A DNA stretch of 64,000 bases from an uncultured virus (IMG/VR IMGVR_UViG_3300048780_000186) (lineage: Duplodnaviria; Heunggongvirae; Uroviricota; Caudoviricetes): the IMG/VR virus record IMGVR_UViG_3300048780_000186. One strand, given 5' to 3'. The notes under the pieces were generated by a model. It worked only from the letters and a program-made list of their open reading frames with translations. It was not told where the DNA came from and made no database searches. Below, in pieces: positions 25,204 to 35,210 of this stretch (position 1 is the stretch's first letter; every line of letters starts with the position of its first letter). The translations under genes and the position numbers were made by a program.

Positions 25204-28200
25204 TTAGAAGTCTGTGCTTTCGTCGAACTCGAAGTCCTCTGAAGCAATCTCTGCCACCAGGTTGGACTTGTAGTCCGAGTGCAGCTCAGGAGCTGAGTCA
25301 TAGACGTGGATCACGCCCTTGGGCGACATCATGTAGCTGCCGTCCGGGATGGTTGGATCGGCTGTGCGGGACAGGAGCTTGTCATTGCTGCGGTGGTAGA
25401 TATTGCCACCGAGAGCCTTGACTGCTACTGGCCTAACCAGCCGGCGCTTTGCATAGCCGTTGAGGTCGATGAATGCGACGCAACCGGTAAGGCCGAGATC
25501 CTCCTCGGCCGACAGGACGTCATCCAGGATGTAGTTTGGCACACCGTCACCGACGGATTGCGTGAACTTGTCCTCCCCAACGAGGGGGTCGGTGTTGCGG
25601 TTGTATACCGTGTTGAGCCAGTGGATCCCGAACTTGCGCCGAGTCTCCACAGACCATGGCCGTCCGGACACACTGAGAGTGGTGCCCGATACGGAGAACT
25701 GGTTGGTGTAGAAATCAACCAGGCCTGGAGTGTGAACTTCCTCCATGCTGGTGACCTTGCCGGTGGCGTCCTTGACCAGGATGGTCTCGGTGAAGCCATT
25801 GGCAATACGGTCATAGACGTTGTCAGGGAGCACGCCGCCGTTGTCGGCCTTGGCTTCCTGGAACTGACGGATCCACCAGCTGCGAAGGTCTCTGACCATC
25901 GAGAGAATAGCCTCATCCTCCGGATAGGCATTGAGCAGCTTGGCTGCCAGTGGCCGCTTGATCATGTGTTCCACCTGACGGCTCTCTTCGAGCAGCTGGT
26001 CACGACGTGTGTTCAGCAGATTGAGCGCCTTGCACAGCTTGGTTTCCACCAGGATGTAGTTGCCCATGTTCTTGCGATCACGGGGCATGCGGTTGGCGAA
26101 GGAGATCGGAAAGACCAGGGTCTTCAGAGCTTCCTTAGCCTCAGCGAAGAGCGACATCACTGTCAGCTTGTCGCCTTTACGCATCTGGGTGTAATCGATG
26201 ACCAGGTCCGAATTGGACATGGCACGAGCGCACATGAAGTCTGGCTTGGCGGCGTTGACAAGCGACGCCACATAGACAAACCAGTCCAGCGTAGGCTCAT
26301 ACTCGATCGGCACGATCTTCGCCAGTCCCTCAGGCAGCAGCTGAATCAGCTCATGCCGTAACGGTGCCGTGAAGTTGTCGGGCACGATGAACGTCTTGGC
26401 CTGCAAGCTCTCACCGATGGTGATCCGGTGTTCGCCAGACAACAGGGTGTCCAGCCAGCCGTTGTTGATGAAGGAACCCAGGGATTCCGAATACTCGGTG
26501 AACTCCCTGAGCTGCTGTGCGAAGCAGTTGAAGTTCCACTCATCGCCGATGCCCAGCCACTTCTCGCGGTTGGTCTTGGCGAATGCGGATACCTCACGGA
26601 CTTTGACGATGAGTTTGGGTTGAACTGGATAGTCCATCGTCTGCCACTTGGCGATGAAGGCAGAGTCCTGGATGGCGAACAAGTTGTCATCCATATCCCC
26701 GCCATTCAGCTTGCCGAGCAGATCGCCGGCGTTGGCGCCGAAGAAGCACCAGCCCTGTCCCTTGGACTCCAGGAGTTCAGGAACAAGGATGTTGCAGACA
26801 AGAACCATCTCAGTTGAGTTGGTGTTGGGATTACGCCCAACGAGCACCGGGCCTTCCAGGAGATCCGGAATGCACACGGTAGGCAGCCCATCCCGCTCGC
26901 CACCGAGAGTGTCGAGTGTGAAGTCGGGCATGCCGTTGGGCATCATGACCAGTGGATTGGGCCGAGCATAGACACGGATCGCACCCTTTAGTGGAATGCG
27001 GCCGCGGGTAATGTCCAGAGAATCCTGGAAGCCATGCTTGAAGATCCGCCGGTAGAGCACCGGCAGAGTCTTCGATTCATGCTGCAGCTTCATGGCACGC
27101 ACCAGCGCCCATTCGGGCTTGGGCATATCCATGTCGCGGCGAGCAGCGTCCGACACATTCACCAGAGTGGCGAAGTAGTCAGTGATGGCATCTTCGTCGT
27201 CGCCGAAGAGGATCTTGGCACGCTCGTCCATGACCTCAAGGCCATACCGTACGCAGAGGTCTTCTTCGAAGAACCCGGCATTGGTGATGGTCTGAAGATC
27301 GGTCATGAGTTCGTGCTTGCTGGTCTTCAACAGCAGCCCGATGTAGATGCGGTCGCCATGAAAGACGACCTCGTCCTTGGAGCCATAGAGATAGATGTCA
27401 TAATCTGCCATCCTCTCGTTTGCTGCGTAAATGCCTTTGCCGAGACCGAATGGTCCGACAAGGGTTGCAGCGCACCCGTCAAAGCCGGGTAAGTTGATGA
27501 CGCCAGAGCCGTCCAGAAAGGCCGTCTCCTGATCGTTGAGCAGCTTCATGTTGAAGTTGAGAATGGAGATGACTCTCCCATTCTTCAGCTTGGCCATGGT
27601 GACCTGGCCTGTCGGCACCGGATAGCTCGAGATGATCTCGGCTTCCAGCATGGACTGGTGAGCAGCCATGGTACGGCGCATCCGCTTGGGCGCCTTGGGA
27701 TCAGAGGAGATGAACACTCCCAGATCCTTGAGGCGCTTGACGTTGGCCGAAGCTGACACCAGGACCATGGTCCCGGTGCCATTGACATCGGCATAGACGA
27801 CGCGGAAGCGTTCGTCACCTTCAGTCCAGCCGTGACGGCAAAGGAACTTCGCCGTTTCAGCCATGTCCTTGCATCCATCCTTGCCGGACGCTTCGAATGT
27901 GACGATGCCATACCTGGCACCTTCGGGCATCAGTGCATCGAGAACCTGCCGGGTCTCATGCTGCATGAAGTGCTCGTCCTTCTGATAGAGAACAGGCTTG
28001 CCGGGATACGGCCGGCGCACACGAGTGATGATCTCTACGTCCGTTGCGTCATAGAGAATGTGGAAAGCCATTCGGCTGTCGTGGTTCCACAAGGGAACTT
28101 CGACATCAGTCGCTTCGCCGTCAGAGTAGATGAACTCCTCTGCCGTTTGCTCATCTTCGAGACGCAATGCCTTCACGTCTTCCTCCTTGAGATGATTGTG

Positions 28201-28257
28201 AATTGGGCTGTGGCTTAGAGCGATCAGTTCGCTCAACAGATTCTTGTCGTTAGACAT
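25204..28257 (-). CDS. single-subunit two-barrel RNA polymerase (YonO / cellular RdRP-like)
   Basis: Ordered motifs FLDGSGVI, GLGKG, VLVGRNP, LNGGDMDD, and LGSFIN downstream; AAGGAG RBS before MSNDKN. Confidence 0.8.
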   Translation of the reverse strand: MSNDKNLLSELIALSHSPIHNHLKEEDVKALRLEDEQTAEEFIYSDGEATDVEVPLWNHDSRMAFHILYDATDVEIITRVRRPYPGKPVLYQKDEHFMQHETRQVLDALMPEGARYGIVTFEASGKDGCKDMAETAKFLCRHGWTEGDERFRVVYADVNGTGTMVLVSASANVKRLKDLGVFISSDPKAPKRMRRTMAAHQSMLEAEIISSYPVPTGQVTMAKLKNGRVISILNFNMKLLNDQETAFLDGSGVINLPGFDGCAATLVGPFGLGKGIYAANERMADYDIYLYGSKDEVVFHGDRIYIGLLLKTSKHELMTDLQTITNAGFFEEDLCVRYGLEVMDERAKILFGDDEDAITDYFATLVNVSDAARRDMDMPKPEWALVRAMKLQHESKTLPVLYRRIFKHGFQDSLDITRGRIPLKGAIRVYARPNPLVMMPNGMPDFTLDTLGGERDGLPTVCIPDLLEGPVLVGRNPNTNSTEMVLVCNILVPELLESKGQGWCFFGANAGDLLGKLNGGDMDDNLFAIQDSAFIAKWQTMDYPVQPKLIVKVREVSAFAKTNREKWLGIGDEWNFNCFAQQLREFTEYSESLGSFINNGWLDTLLSGEHRITIGESLQAKTFIVPDNFTAPLRHELIQLLPEGLAKIVPIEYEPTLDWFVYVASLVNAAKPDFMCARAMSNSDLVIDYTQMRKGDKLTVMSLFAEAKEALKTLVFPISFANRMPRDRKNMGNYILVETKLCKALNLLNTRRDQLLEESRQVEHMIKRPLAAKLLNAYPEDEAILSMVRDLRSWWIRQFQEAKADNGGVLPDNVYDRIANGFTETILVKDATGKVTSMEEVHTPGLVDFYTNQFSVSGTTLSVSGRPWSVETRRKFGIHWLNTVYNRNTDPLVGEDKFTQSVGDGVPNYILDDVLSAEEDLGLTGCVAFIDLNGYAKRRLVRPVAVKALGGNIYHRSNDKLLSRTADPTIPDGSYMMSPKGVIHVYDSAPELHSDYKSNLVAEIASEDFEFDESTDF

Positions 28258-28391
28258 GGTGATTCTCCTTCCCCCTCCACGGGGTCGGTTGAGTACGAAT
28301 GAGTTTTGCTGGGTCTTGTGCGCAGAAGCCGCGGGCATGGGCTTCCTGTTGCCAGTCAGTTCCGATGCCCTGTTTGCGTCCTTGAGTAGTC

Positions 28392-28664
28392 TTAGAGGGA
28401 GGCAGGCGTTGCGGCCGTCTTCTTGGCGAAGAGGCCAGTGAACCCAGTCCATGCCTGCTTGGCTGCCGGGATCGCACAGACCTGAGCGGTGCCAGCCGCA
28501 CGGGCTGTCACATCGGTGGTGCGCTGCGTGGCATCGGCGGCATAGTGAATGCCTTTGGCAAGGTTGTCGCCGATGAAGTGAATGGCGATGGAGCTGAATG
28601 CTCCGTTGACGATTTCGTTCAACATGGCACGCTGTTCAGGTGTGAGCTGTTTCTTCGTGGTCAT
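28392..28664 (-). CDS. hypothetical protein
   Basis: AAGGAG RBS; first gene of the leftward block. Confidence 0.7.
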   Translation of the reverse strand: MTTKKQLTPEQRAMLNEIVNGAFSSIAIHFIGDNLAKGIHYAADATQRTTDVTARAAGTAQVCAIPAAKQAWTGFTGLFAKKTAATPASL

Positions 28665-29008
28665 TTCATTCTCCTTGAATGGCAGCAAGCGAATTAGGAC
28701 CGGGTGGGCTAAAACCCAAATAGGCCAGCCTCCCTGTACTACTTGTTACCTGGTGTCTTCATCCCCATCACTTGCGGCGCCTCGCACGAAGCCCCATGAA
28801 CGAGTCACCTGACCAGTTGCTGCGCTGTGTATGAGTCACTTAACGGGTACTTGATCAGTCAGGAGATTGTGGCAATCTTCTTACAGGCCGGCTGCGGAGA
28901 ATAGGAATCCCAATCTCCGCATGAATCTCAGAACCTGCTCAGAACACAAGCAAAAAGGCCTCACGTGTGGGCCTTTGGTACATCGAGAATCGGGACCACG
29001 CTGGGAAC

Positions 29009-29446
29009 ATGGTCAAACCCATCGATCCTTGGCCTGCACCAGGCCCGAACTCACATATCTTCTTCAAGGTCACGGCAGTGAACCCCAACCACTACGGGAC
29101 TCCTCCCACGACGTTCATCGTCGAGGCGCTCAATGAGGAGGCGGCCGTCGAGTGCATCAAGCGCGCAATCTGGGCTGGTATCCTCTTGCCACACAGCTAC
29201 AATGGCGCTCTCAATCCCTGGCCCACATATTTCCAGAGCAATGCCCTGAGGTATCTGCTCGATGGGATGTTCGTTGCCGAGGAACTGGAGACTCTGCCGA
29301 CGCTGCGGTTCTTTCCCGATCCGTGCGTTCGGGATGAGTGGCTGCGCTACCAGCTCTCCTGGATGGCTCGTCTTGTCGAGGACATCCAGAAGTGGTGGGA
29401 TGCTATGCTGGCACGGCCCTTCTTCACTTCCTGGTTTGGAAGATGA
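29009..29446 (+). CDS. hypothetical protein
   Basis: First rightward ORF, downstream of a CTTTGGTAC motif. Confidence 0.65.
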   Translation: MVKPIDPWPAPGPNSHIFFKVTAVNPNHYGTPPTTFIVEALNEEAAVECIKRAIWAGILLPHSYNGALNPWPTYFQSNALRYLLDGMFVAEELETLPTLRFFPDPCVRDEWLRYQLSWMARLVEDIQKWWDAMLARPFFTSWFGR

Positions 29447-29587
29447 AGTTCCTTGTCGTCATCCTTGTCGTTGCGGCAGTAGTTCTGCTCTCTACTGGCC
29501 ATGTCATCTCGGCCTGCGGGGCAATCATGCTTGCTGGCACCATGTCCCGGTTCATCGTCCGAACCCCAACCCTTTGAAGGAGTTTCA

Positions 29588-30235
29588 ATGAGTTCCAGCC
29601 TCAATCACTACACAGCGAACGTCCAGGTGACGGATGCCGTGATGCACAACAAGACCCCTCTCGCCACCTCGACCTTCGTCATTGCTGTCCTGGCTGCCAA
29701 TGTGACCGATGCCCAGGCCCTGATCCAGGAGTTCTATGGCCGCTCGGGGATGTCCTCCAAGATGATCAACGGAGTGCATACCCTGTTTCGTTCTGCCGCT
29801 CCGAATGTCCCAGGGGCGATCCGGACTGTTTCTGTCACCAACATCACCTTGGTCCCAGATACTGTTGCCGCTTCTACTTCGGCGCCGGCTGCTGTTGCTG
29901 AAGCTCCTGTGGACACCGCGGCTCCAGTTGTTGCCGCAACGGTTGCTGCCACGCCAGATCCTGCTACCAGCACCGCAACTGAGACCACGACAGCCGTTCC
30001 GTCCGTCATCAATGCGACTGCCTCACCTGCTGCCTCCACGGCCGTCACTGACACGACGACCACGACTCAGCAGGAAGTTTCCGCTCCGACACTGAAGCCC
30101 GGTGGACGTGGACGGAAGACCCTCACGGTAGATCCTTCCGCATCGACCCAGACCGCTGCTCCTGTTGTCGCCGAGACGACCTCTTCCACGACTAGTGCTC
30201 CGACTTCCTCAGCGACCGCTCCCGCAGCCAGCTAG
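29588..30235 (+). CDS. protein with Ala/Thr/Pro-rich low-complexity tail
   Basis: AAGGAG RBS; globular N-terminus followed by an extended tail. Confidence 0.75.
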   Translation: MSSSLNHYTANVQVTDAVMHNKTPLATSTFVIAVLAANVTDAQALIQEFYGRSGMSSKMINGVHTLFRSAAPNVPGAIRTVSVTNITLVPDTVAASTSAPAAVAEAPVDTAAPVVAATVAATPDPATSTATETTTAVPSVINATASPAASTAVTDTTTTTQQEVSAPTLKPGGRGRKTLTVDPSASTQTAAPVVAETTSSTTSAPTSSATAPAAS

Positions 30236-30359
30236 AACAGCACATTTTTGTGAAAGCCTTACAAGCCCGCCGCCCTGGCGGGCTTCGTAGCTTTGGTACA
30301 TTCCCTAGCCTCCACATACTCGCAATTGACGGCCCAGCCAGGGCTGTGAGGAATGAAGC

Positions 30360-30566
30360 ATGTCGAAGGAAGCAATTCTGTTTGCCGTCACCGAGACCAA
30401 GGTTCGTGACAAGGCAGCCGGCCGCGTAGGCACGGTCACCTTTGAGAGCGCGAACGCCAAGGGCACCAGCAAGGTTGTCCTGGTGGGTCAGGAAGAGGTC
30501 GTCGACGACTACCGGGTGGGTGAGTTCTATGAACTGACCCTCAACCAGGTTCAGGCGCCGAAATAG
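30360..30566 (+). CDS. hypothetical protein
   Basis: 68-aa ORF with GAGG RBS. Confidence 0.7.
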   Translation: MSKEAILFAVTETKVRDKAAGRVGTVTFESANAKGTSKVVLVGQEEVVDDYRVGEFYELTLNQVQAPK

Positions 30567-30622
30567 TCAGATGTCTGCTGACATTGTCCCAATCATCAAC
30601 CCGTTTTGAGAGGAATTCCGCA

Positions 30623-30874
30623 ATGGCATTTTGGGAAGTAACTGGCACCGTCGTGACCGAGGACAACAACGCAGTCACGTTTCGCACCTTTGTCCCCGCC
30701 GAGGAGCTGGTGGATACCGTCAACGAAGGTCTCGATGCGATCTTTGAGATCGAGAACCCCGAGGTCTACGACGAACCCGAGACCACGACCAACGGTTGCT
30801 TCGCCATGGCTCATGGCCTTGCGGCGATTGAACCGCCTCCGGCCGTGAATGTCCACGTCGAGGTGCATGTCTAG
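30623..30874 (+). CDS. hypothetical protein
   Basis: GAGG RBS before MAFWEV. Confidence 0.65.
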   Translation: MAFWEVTGTVVTEDNNAVTFRTFVPAEELVDTVNEGLDAIFEIENPEVYDEPETTTNGCFAMAHGLAAIEPPPAVNVHVEVHV

Positions 30875-30876
30875 TC

Positions 30877-31098
30877 ATGCAGGCTCGGGTCAAACTCACA
30901 CCGCGCATCATTGCCAGGTTGATTGTCGGCAAGCCCGTGACAGTCAACCTGCCGGCAGGCACATCGTCACTTTCCCTCGTAACGGAAGGCAAGTTCCACG
31001 AATTCCTCCGTGCGTTTCATGCACCGGAAGAGTTTGATCCGGAGACCTCGCATACGGAAGTGATCGGCCTGTTCGACCTGATTTTTGGAAAGCACTAA
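30877..31098 (+). CDS. hypothetical protein
   Basis: 73-aa ORF in operon. Confidence 0.6.
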   Translation: MQARVKLTPRIIARLIVGKPVTVNLPAGTSSLSLVTEGKFHEFLRAFHAPEEFDPETSHTEVIGLFDLIFGKH

Positions 31099-31142
31099 AC
31101 CACAACCGAGTCCCAGCAGTTGATCAGGAAAGGCATTCTGGA

Positions 31143-31481
31143 ATGAAGATCCAACCCATCAGCAACTACCTCATCATCAAGCTCGATCCGGCCGATGAGA
31201 ACATCGGCAACAGCAAGTTGATTGCACCGGGCCAGCTCAATGAGGCCTACAACGTCCCCAAGCGGATGGGCACCGTCCGTGCAGTTGGCCGCGGCCTCGT
31301 CACTGCAGGCGGCGAGATCATTCCTCCGCAGTTGAAGGCTGGCGATCGCGTCTACGTCCTGCAGACAAAGGTCGAGATCACTGTCGAGTACGATGGCGAA
31401 GACTGCCTCGTCCTGTCGGACGAGTCGCACGTCATCGGCATCATCACCGAGGAGTCTTCACTGATTCTGGGGGGCAAGTAA
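31143..31481 (+). CDS. groES: co-chaperonin GroES (Cpn10)
   Basis: MKIQPI.NYLII, GTVRAVGRG, G...PPQLKAGDRV, V.YDGE..LVL..E..VIGII. Confidence 0.92.
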   Translation: MKIQPISNYLIIKLDPADENIGNSKLIAPGQLNEAYNVPKRMGTVRAVGRGLVTAGGEIIPPQLKAGDRVYVLQTKVEITVEYDGEDCLVLSDESHVIGIITEESSLILGGK

Positions 31482-31732
31482 TGCCTCCCTTATGACCATG
31501 TCTGCCGCTCAGCAAGAAGCGATCAATGAACTCTCCGCGATGTGTGAAGCGCGCGGCTGGCTCACCCCTCGTGATCAGATGGTTCACCTGTTCTCCCACC
31601 ACCAGTGCGACATGATCTGTGAAGAGAATGGACTGCTGTGGAATAAGGCGTGTTCCTGCGGCGTCACTATCGATGTACGCCGTGGTGGCTACATCCAGCA
31701 TCTGATTGCAGTCCTGAACAAGGAGTCCGGAC

Positions 31733-31969
31733 ATGAAGCTGTTTCTTTTGACGTTCGAGGTCAAGTTCAAGCAGGACACAAATGTCCTGACTATCAAGGA
31801 TCAGATGATTGTCCCCGAGAAGACCGAAGCCTCTGCCAAGAAGCGTTTTCTCGCAACGATCGAGAAGGTGGGGACGATACTTTTGCGCTTCAACGACTCG
31901 ACCAGGATTCTTGCACCCATCCGCGATTTCGGCGGAGAGGTCTCTATTACAAGTTGCATAAAGCAGTAA
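31733..31969 (+). CDS. hypothetical protein
   Basis: AAGGAG RBS. Confidence 0.6.
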   Translation: MKLFLLTFEVKFKQDTNVLTIKDQMIVPEKTEASAKKRFLATIEKVGTILLRFNDSTRILAPIRDFGGEVSITSCIKQ

Positions 31970-32033
31970 CGGACTTCCTCTGCGGCCTGCTCTGTACCTT
32001 TGGTACTTCCTACTAGCCGTTCATTCTGGGCAC

Positions 32034-32318
32034 ATGGATGCCCAGAAAGAAGCATATAAGCTCCTCAAGGAACACGGCGAGCAGATCAGGCACAACAAGC
32101 ATGAAGCCTGGCGTGTCAACGGCCACCTCATCACCATCACCAAAACCAAGACCGACGATCGCGGCTGGCTGAACAAACTCTGCGAGATTCGCCGTTGTCT
32201 AAGGGCCCCGGCGGAGGAAGTCTACCGTCAGGGCCGGTGCAATGGGAAGGGCCGGTTCACCGATGCTCCGGTGTCACAGCACTCTGTCAGTTGTGCTGGC
32301 CCGGCCGCGACGAGGTAA
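32034..32318 (+). CDS. HicA-like small protein
   Basis: KLLKEHG..IR..KHE.W..NG..ITI..T..D.R...N....IRR pattern. Confidence 0.5.
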   Translation: MDAQKEAYKLLKEHGEQIRHNKHEAWRVNGHLITITKTKTDDRGWLNKLCEIRRCLRAPAEEVYRQGRCNGKGRFTDAPVSQHSVSCAGPAATR

Positions 32319-32423
32319 GCCAAATGCTGACTGGCATCTCTCTCAACAAGATCGATCTCTTCGATACCACCGAACTCGACGCCGAGTTCAATGCCCACAG
32401 GGCCAAGAAGGAGCAACAACCCA

Positions 32424-32837
32424 ATGCCACCTCTCAAGAACCAACCCAAGAAAGCCACGGCGAAGGCCAAGCCGGCGCCGGTCAAGCCGACGGCGAAAAC
32501 TGAGCCCGCGGCGGCACCGGCAGTCGTAGCACCGCAGGCACCGAAGTTTACTGCCGGCGATCTCGTACGGAAGGCCCTCCAACTGCGCCAGCAGCATACC
32601 CTGAACGCTCCTGCTCCCACAACTGAGGTGCCAAAAGGATCCAAGCCCACGATCGTCGAGTTCAAGGTCGTCCTCAGCGACGGCACGGTTCTCCACGCCA
32701 CAGGCAAGCATGCCGATGTCATGGTGCGCTTCAGCAACGAGTGCCAGGAGATCTGCCAAACCCAGGGCTTGGCTGCCTACAACGGACCCCCTATGACCCG
32801 GTACACCGCCCAGGAGTGGGCAGCCAAGAACGCATAA
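32424..32837 (+). CDS. hypothetical protein with Lys/Ala/Pro-rich N-terminus
   Basis: AAGGAG RBS. Confidence 0.65.
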   Translation: MPPLKNQPKKATAKAKPAPVKPTAKTEPAAAPAVVAPQAPKFTAGDLVRKALQLRQQHTLNAPAPTTEVPKGSKPTIVEFKVVLSDGTVLHATGKHADVMVRFSNECQEICQTQGLAAYNGPPMTRYTAQEWAAKNA

Positions 32838-33285
32838 ACTTCGCTCATGTCAAACTCCGGTAGTAGAGCAGTTTCCGGCGTGTCCTGCACTCGACCGCAA
32901 CTCGAGAATTGGAGTCTCTTCCACAACGCCCTCCTGCACCGCTCCCTGAGTGGGAAGGCGATTTCGCGCTAATTGAGAACCTCGAACGCTGATGTATGGG
33001 ATGTAACCCTCATGCCTTGTATGAGATAAAGGATACATATATAAAGGCACAAAGCATCGGACCCCTTTAGTCTACGGCTTGCGCCGACAGACTTCACAGA
33101 GGTGGAGCCCGATGTGCTCTAACCGTTCTTGGGGAGCAACGACCTCAATAAAATTAAGCGGCACCGGCGGCTTCAAGCAGACCTGGGGGTCAGAGGCCGT
33201 CGGTGCCGTTGGGCGGTCTTTTCGCAGAACCGCCCATCCCTTGAATACATTTTGGCTCCTCACATGCGGGCTTCACGCCCGCTGC

Positions 33286-34455
33286 CTACGCCGCCGGAGC
33301 AGCGGGCAGGGCCGTCGCCACCCGGTTCTGCCCCTCACGCTTTGCCTTGTATAAAGCCCTGTCGGCTGCCAGGAGCAGGTCTGGAGGTGTCGTGATCGTT
33401 CCATCCGGCTGGGGCATTGTAGTGGCAACACCGATGCTTGCGGTCACCGACACCCAATCACCGGAATTCTTATTCGAGCGAAAGCGTAAGGTCTGGATGG
33501 CAGAGCGCACTTTTTCAGCGGCCCTGAACGCACCGAGCCCCTCTGTAGCGGGAAGGATGATTGCCATCTCATCCCCACCCCAGCGGCAGACAATATCTGA
33601 AGCGCGCACGGAGTCGCTGATGGCGGAAGCAACCGTGCACAGACAAACATCCCCGACAGGATGCCCGTACCGGTCATTGAACGGCTTGAAATGATCTATA
33701 TCGAGTAGCAGCAGGGACAGTTGCGATTCCTCGCGGACCGTTCGTTTCCATTCCCTTCTAAGGCTTTGGTCGAAAGCGCGACGATTCCAGAGCCCGGTGA
33801 GAGCGTCCGTCATGGCCAGGGCGGACAGTTTCTCCTCCAGCACCTTGCGGCCGGTGATGTCCCGCATGGACAAAACGTAGACGCGGGGCTCGCCGTTCAC
33901 CGGATCGCGCACACACCGGGTATTGATGCTGGTCCAAACCGGGGTTTGGTCCTTCTTCAACAGCCGCACTCTCACGTGGGAATAGGCAGCGCCATCCTCG
34001 GCGCTGCCCGTGGCAATATCTTCGAGGACCGCAAGGTCCTCGGAAAATACGAACTCGTCGAAATCTTTGCCGATCATCTCGCCGGGGTCCCAGTTGAGAG
34101 TGTCGAGAGCAGAAGGGGACACGTAGCGAATCGCATGATCCGCGCCAACGCTGCACAGAATATCGGCGCAGTTCTCTGCCAGGAACTTGTAATCGATCTC
34201 GACCGCGCCGCTCGGCTCGTGTTGGTCTTCAGGAGGAATCAACTCAACTCCTCGAACGAGGCCAGGGAAAAACGTTTGCGGTGCGCCCCCGCAAACGGCC
34301 CTTAAACCCGTGGTCGGGGAGTTGGAAAGCCGATACGACACGGCTCCTGTGACCTTTAGCCGCGAAGCCTGGACATACGTCACAGGCTCCCCGACCCAAA
34401 GGCAAGGGAGATCACACGTCTTGCGACGTGCCTTTGTCGTATTCGGGGTTTCCAC
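33286..34455 (-). CDS. PAS-GGDEF diguanylate cyclase
   Basis: PAS (YVSPS...W.P.E.IG), TDALTGLWNRR, DIDHFKPFNDRYGH..GD, RASD I-site, RWGGDEM, ADRALYKAK..G.NRV; start uncertain. Confidence 0.93.
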   Translation of the reverse strand: METPNTTKARRKTCDLPCLWVGEPVTYVQASRLKVTGAVSYRLSNSPTTGLRAVCGGAPQTFFPGLVRGVELIPPEDQHEPSGAVEIDYKFLAENCADILCSVGADHAIRYVSPSALDTLNWDPGEMIGKDFDEFVFSEDLAVLEDIATGSAEDGAAYSHVRVRLLKKDQTPVWTSINTRCVRDPVNGEPRVYVLSMRDITGRKVLEEKLSALAMTDALTGLWNRRAFDQSLRREWKRTVREESQLSLLLLDIDHFKPFNDRYGHPVGDVCLCTVASAISDSVRASDIVCRWGGDEMAIILPATEGLGAFRAAEKVRSAIQTLRFRSNKNSGDWVSVTASIGVATTMPQPDGTITTPPDLLLAADRALYKAKREGQNRVATALPAAPAA

Positions 34456-34799
34456 ACCCCAGGGCGGCGCGTGACCGCCCCAAAGTCATCATAACTTTGT
34501 TTTGCAGTCTTTTGGTAGGGTAAGAATCTGTTTTTCTCCAACCTGCCCCGGAATAGCCGAGAGCTTTTTGCCCGGCGAGGTTGAGCCACGCTGCCATCAT
34601 TCGGGGCAGGTAGGCACGCAATAAAGCATCGGCTTTCTAAGCCGGGCCGACTTCTTGCCTCATTGGGTTCATGAACCCCATAATCTTCTCACTGGCACCA
34701 ACAGCTCGTAGCGCTCACTGAGAGATCTATCGATCTTCCGTTACAGGTTCCGGGCGTCTGGTCTGCACCTCGGAAGCAGACCCACTATCCAAACCCCTG

Positions 34800-34829
34800 G
34801 AACCCCGCCTTCGGACGGGGTTCTTTTTT
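34800..34829 (+). terminator. intrinsic terminator
   Basis: GAACCCCG/CGGGGTTC stem followed by a T6 tract. Confidence 0.8.
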
Positions 34830-34997
34830 GCCCGGGGAGGGAAGGGGGCCGGCGGAACTGGGGATGGGTGGGCGGATACTCAATGCTTGAGGTCTACTCA
34901 CAGATCTGTCCAGTAGGGTGAACCCCTTAGATTGGCATCTATTCTGACCCAAAAACCCTTTGAACCTTTGACACCTGCCGGTCGAGGTGCGATGCTT

Positions 34998-35110
34998 CTT
35001 AATAGTGAGTTTCACTCAATTGTTAATTGTAAGTAATACTTACTATTGAGTTTACACTTAAAAGAGAGTAGCTCTTATAGAGCTACTCTTATATTGAGTA
35101 TTACTCAAAG
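34998..35110. promoter_or_regulatory. AT-rich palindrome cluster (origin or operator candidate)
   Basis: GTAAGTA-A-TACTTAC (35029), AGAGTAGCTCT-TAT-AGAGCTACTCT (35065), TTGAGTA-T-TACTCAA (35094). Confidence 0.6.
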
Positions 35111-35210
35111 CAGCAGGGTCCAACCGAGAATAGCCTGCCCTCCCTTTGGTACATTGCCCTTGAATCGCATTCTCAACATGAGGCCGGGAACCGGCCACAG
35201 GAGAATTCAT

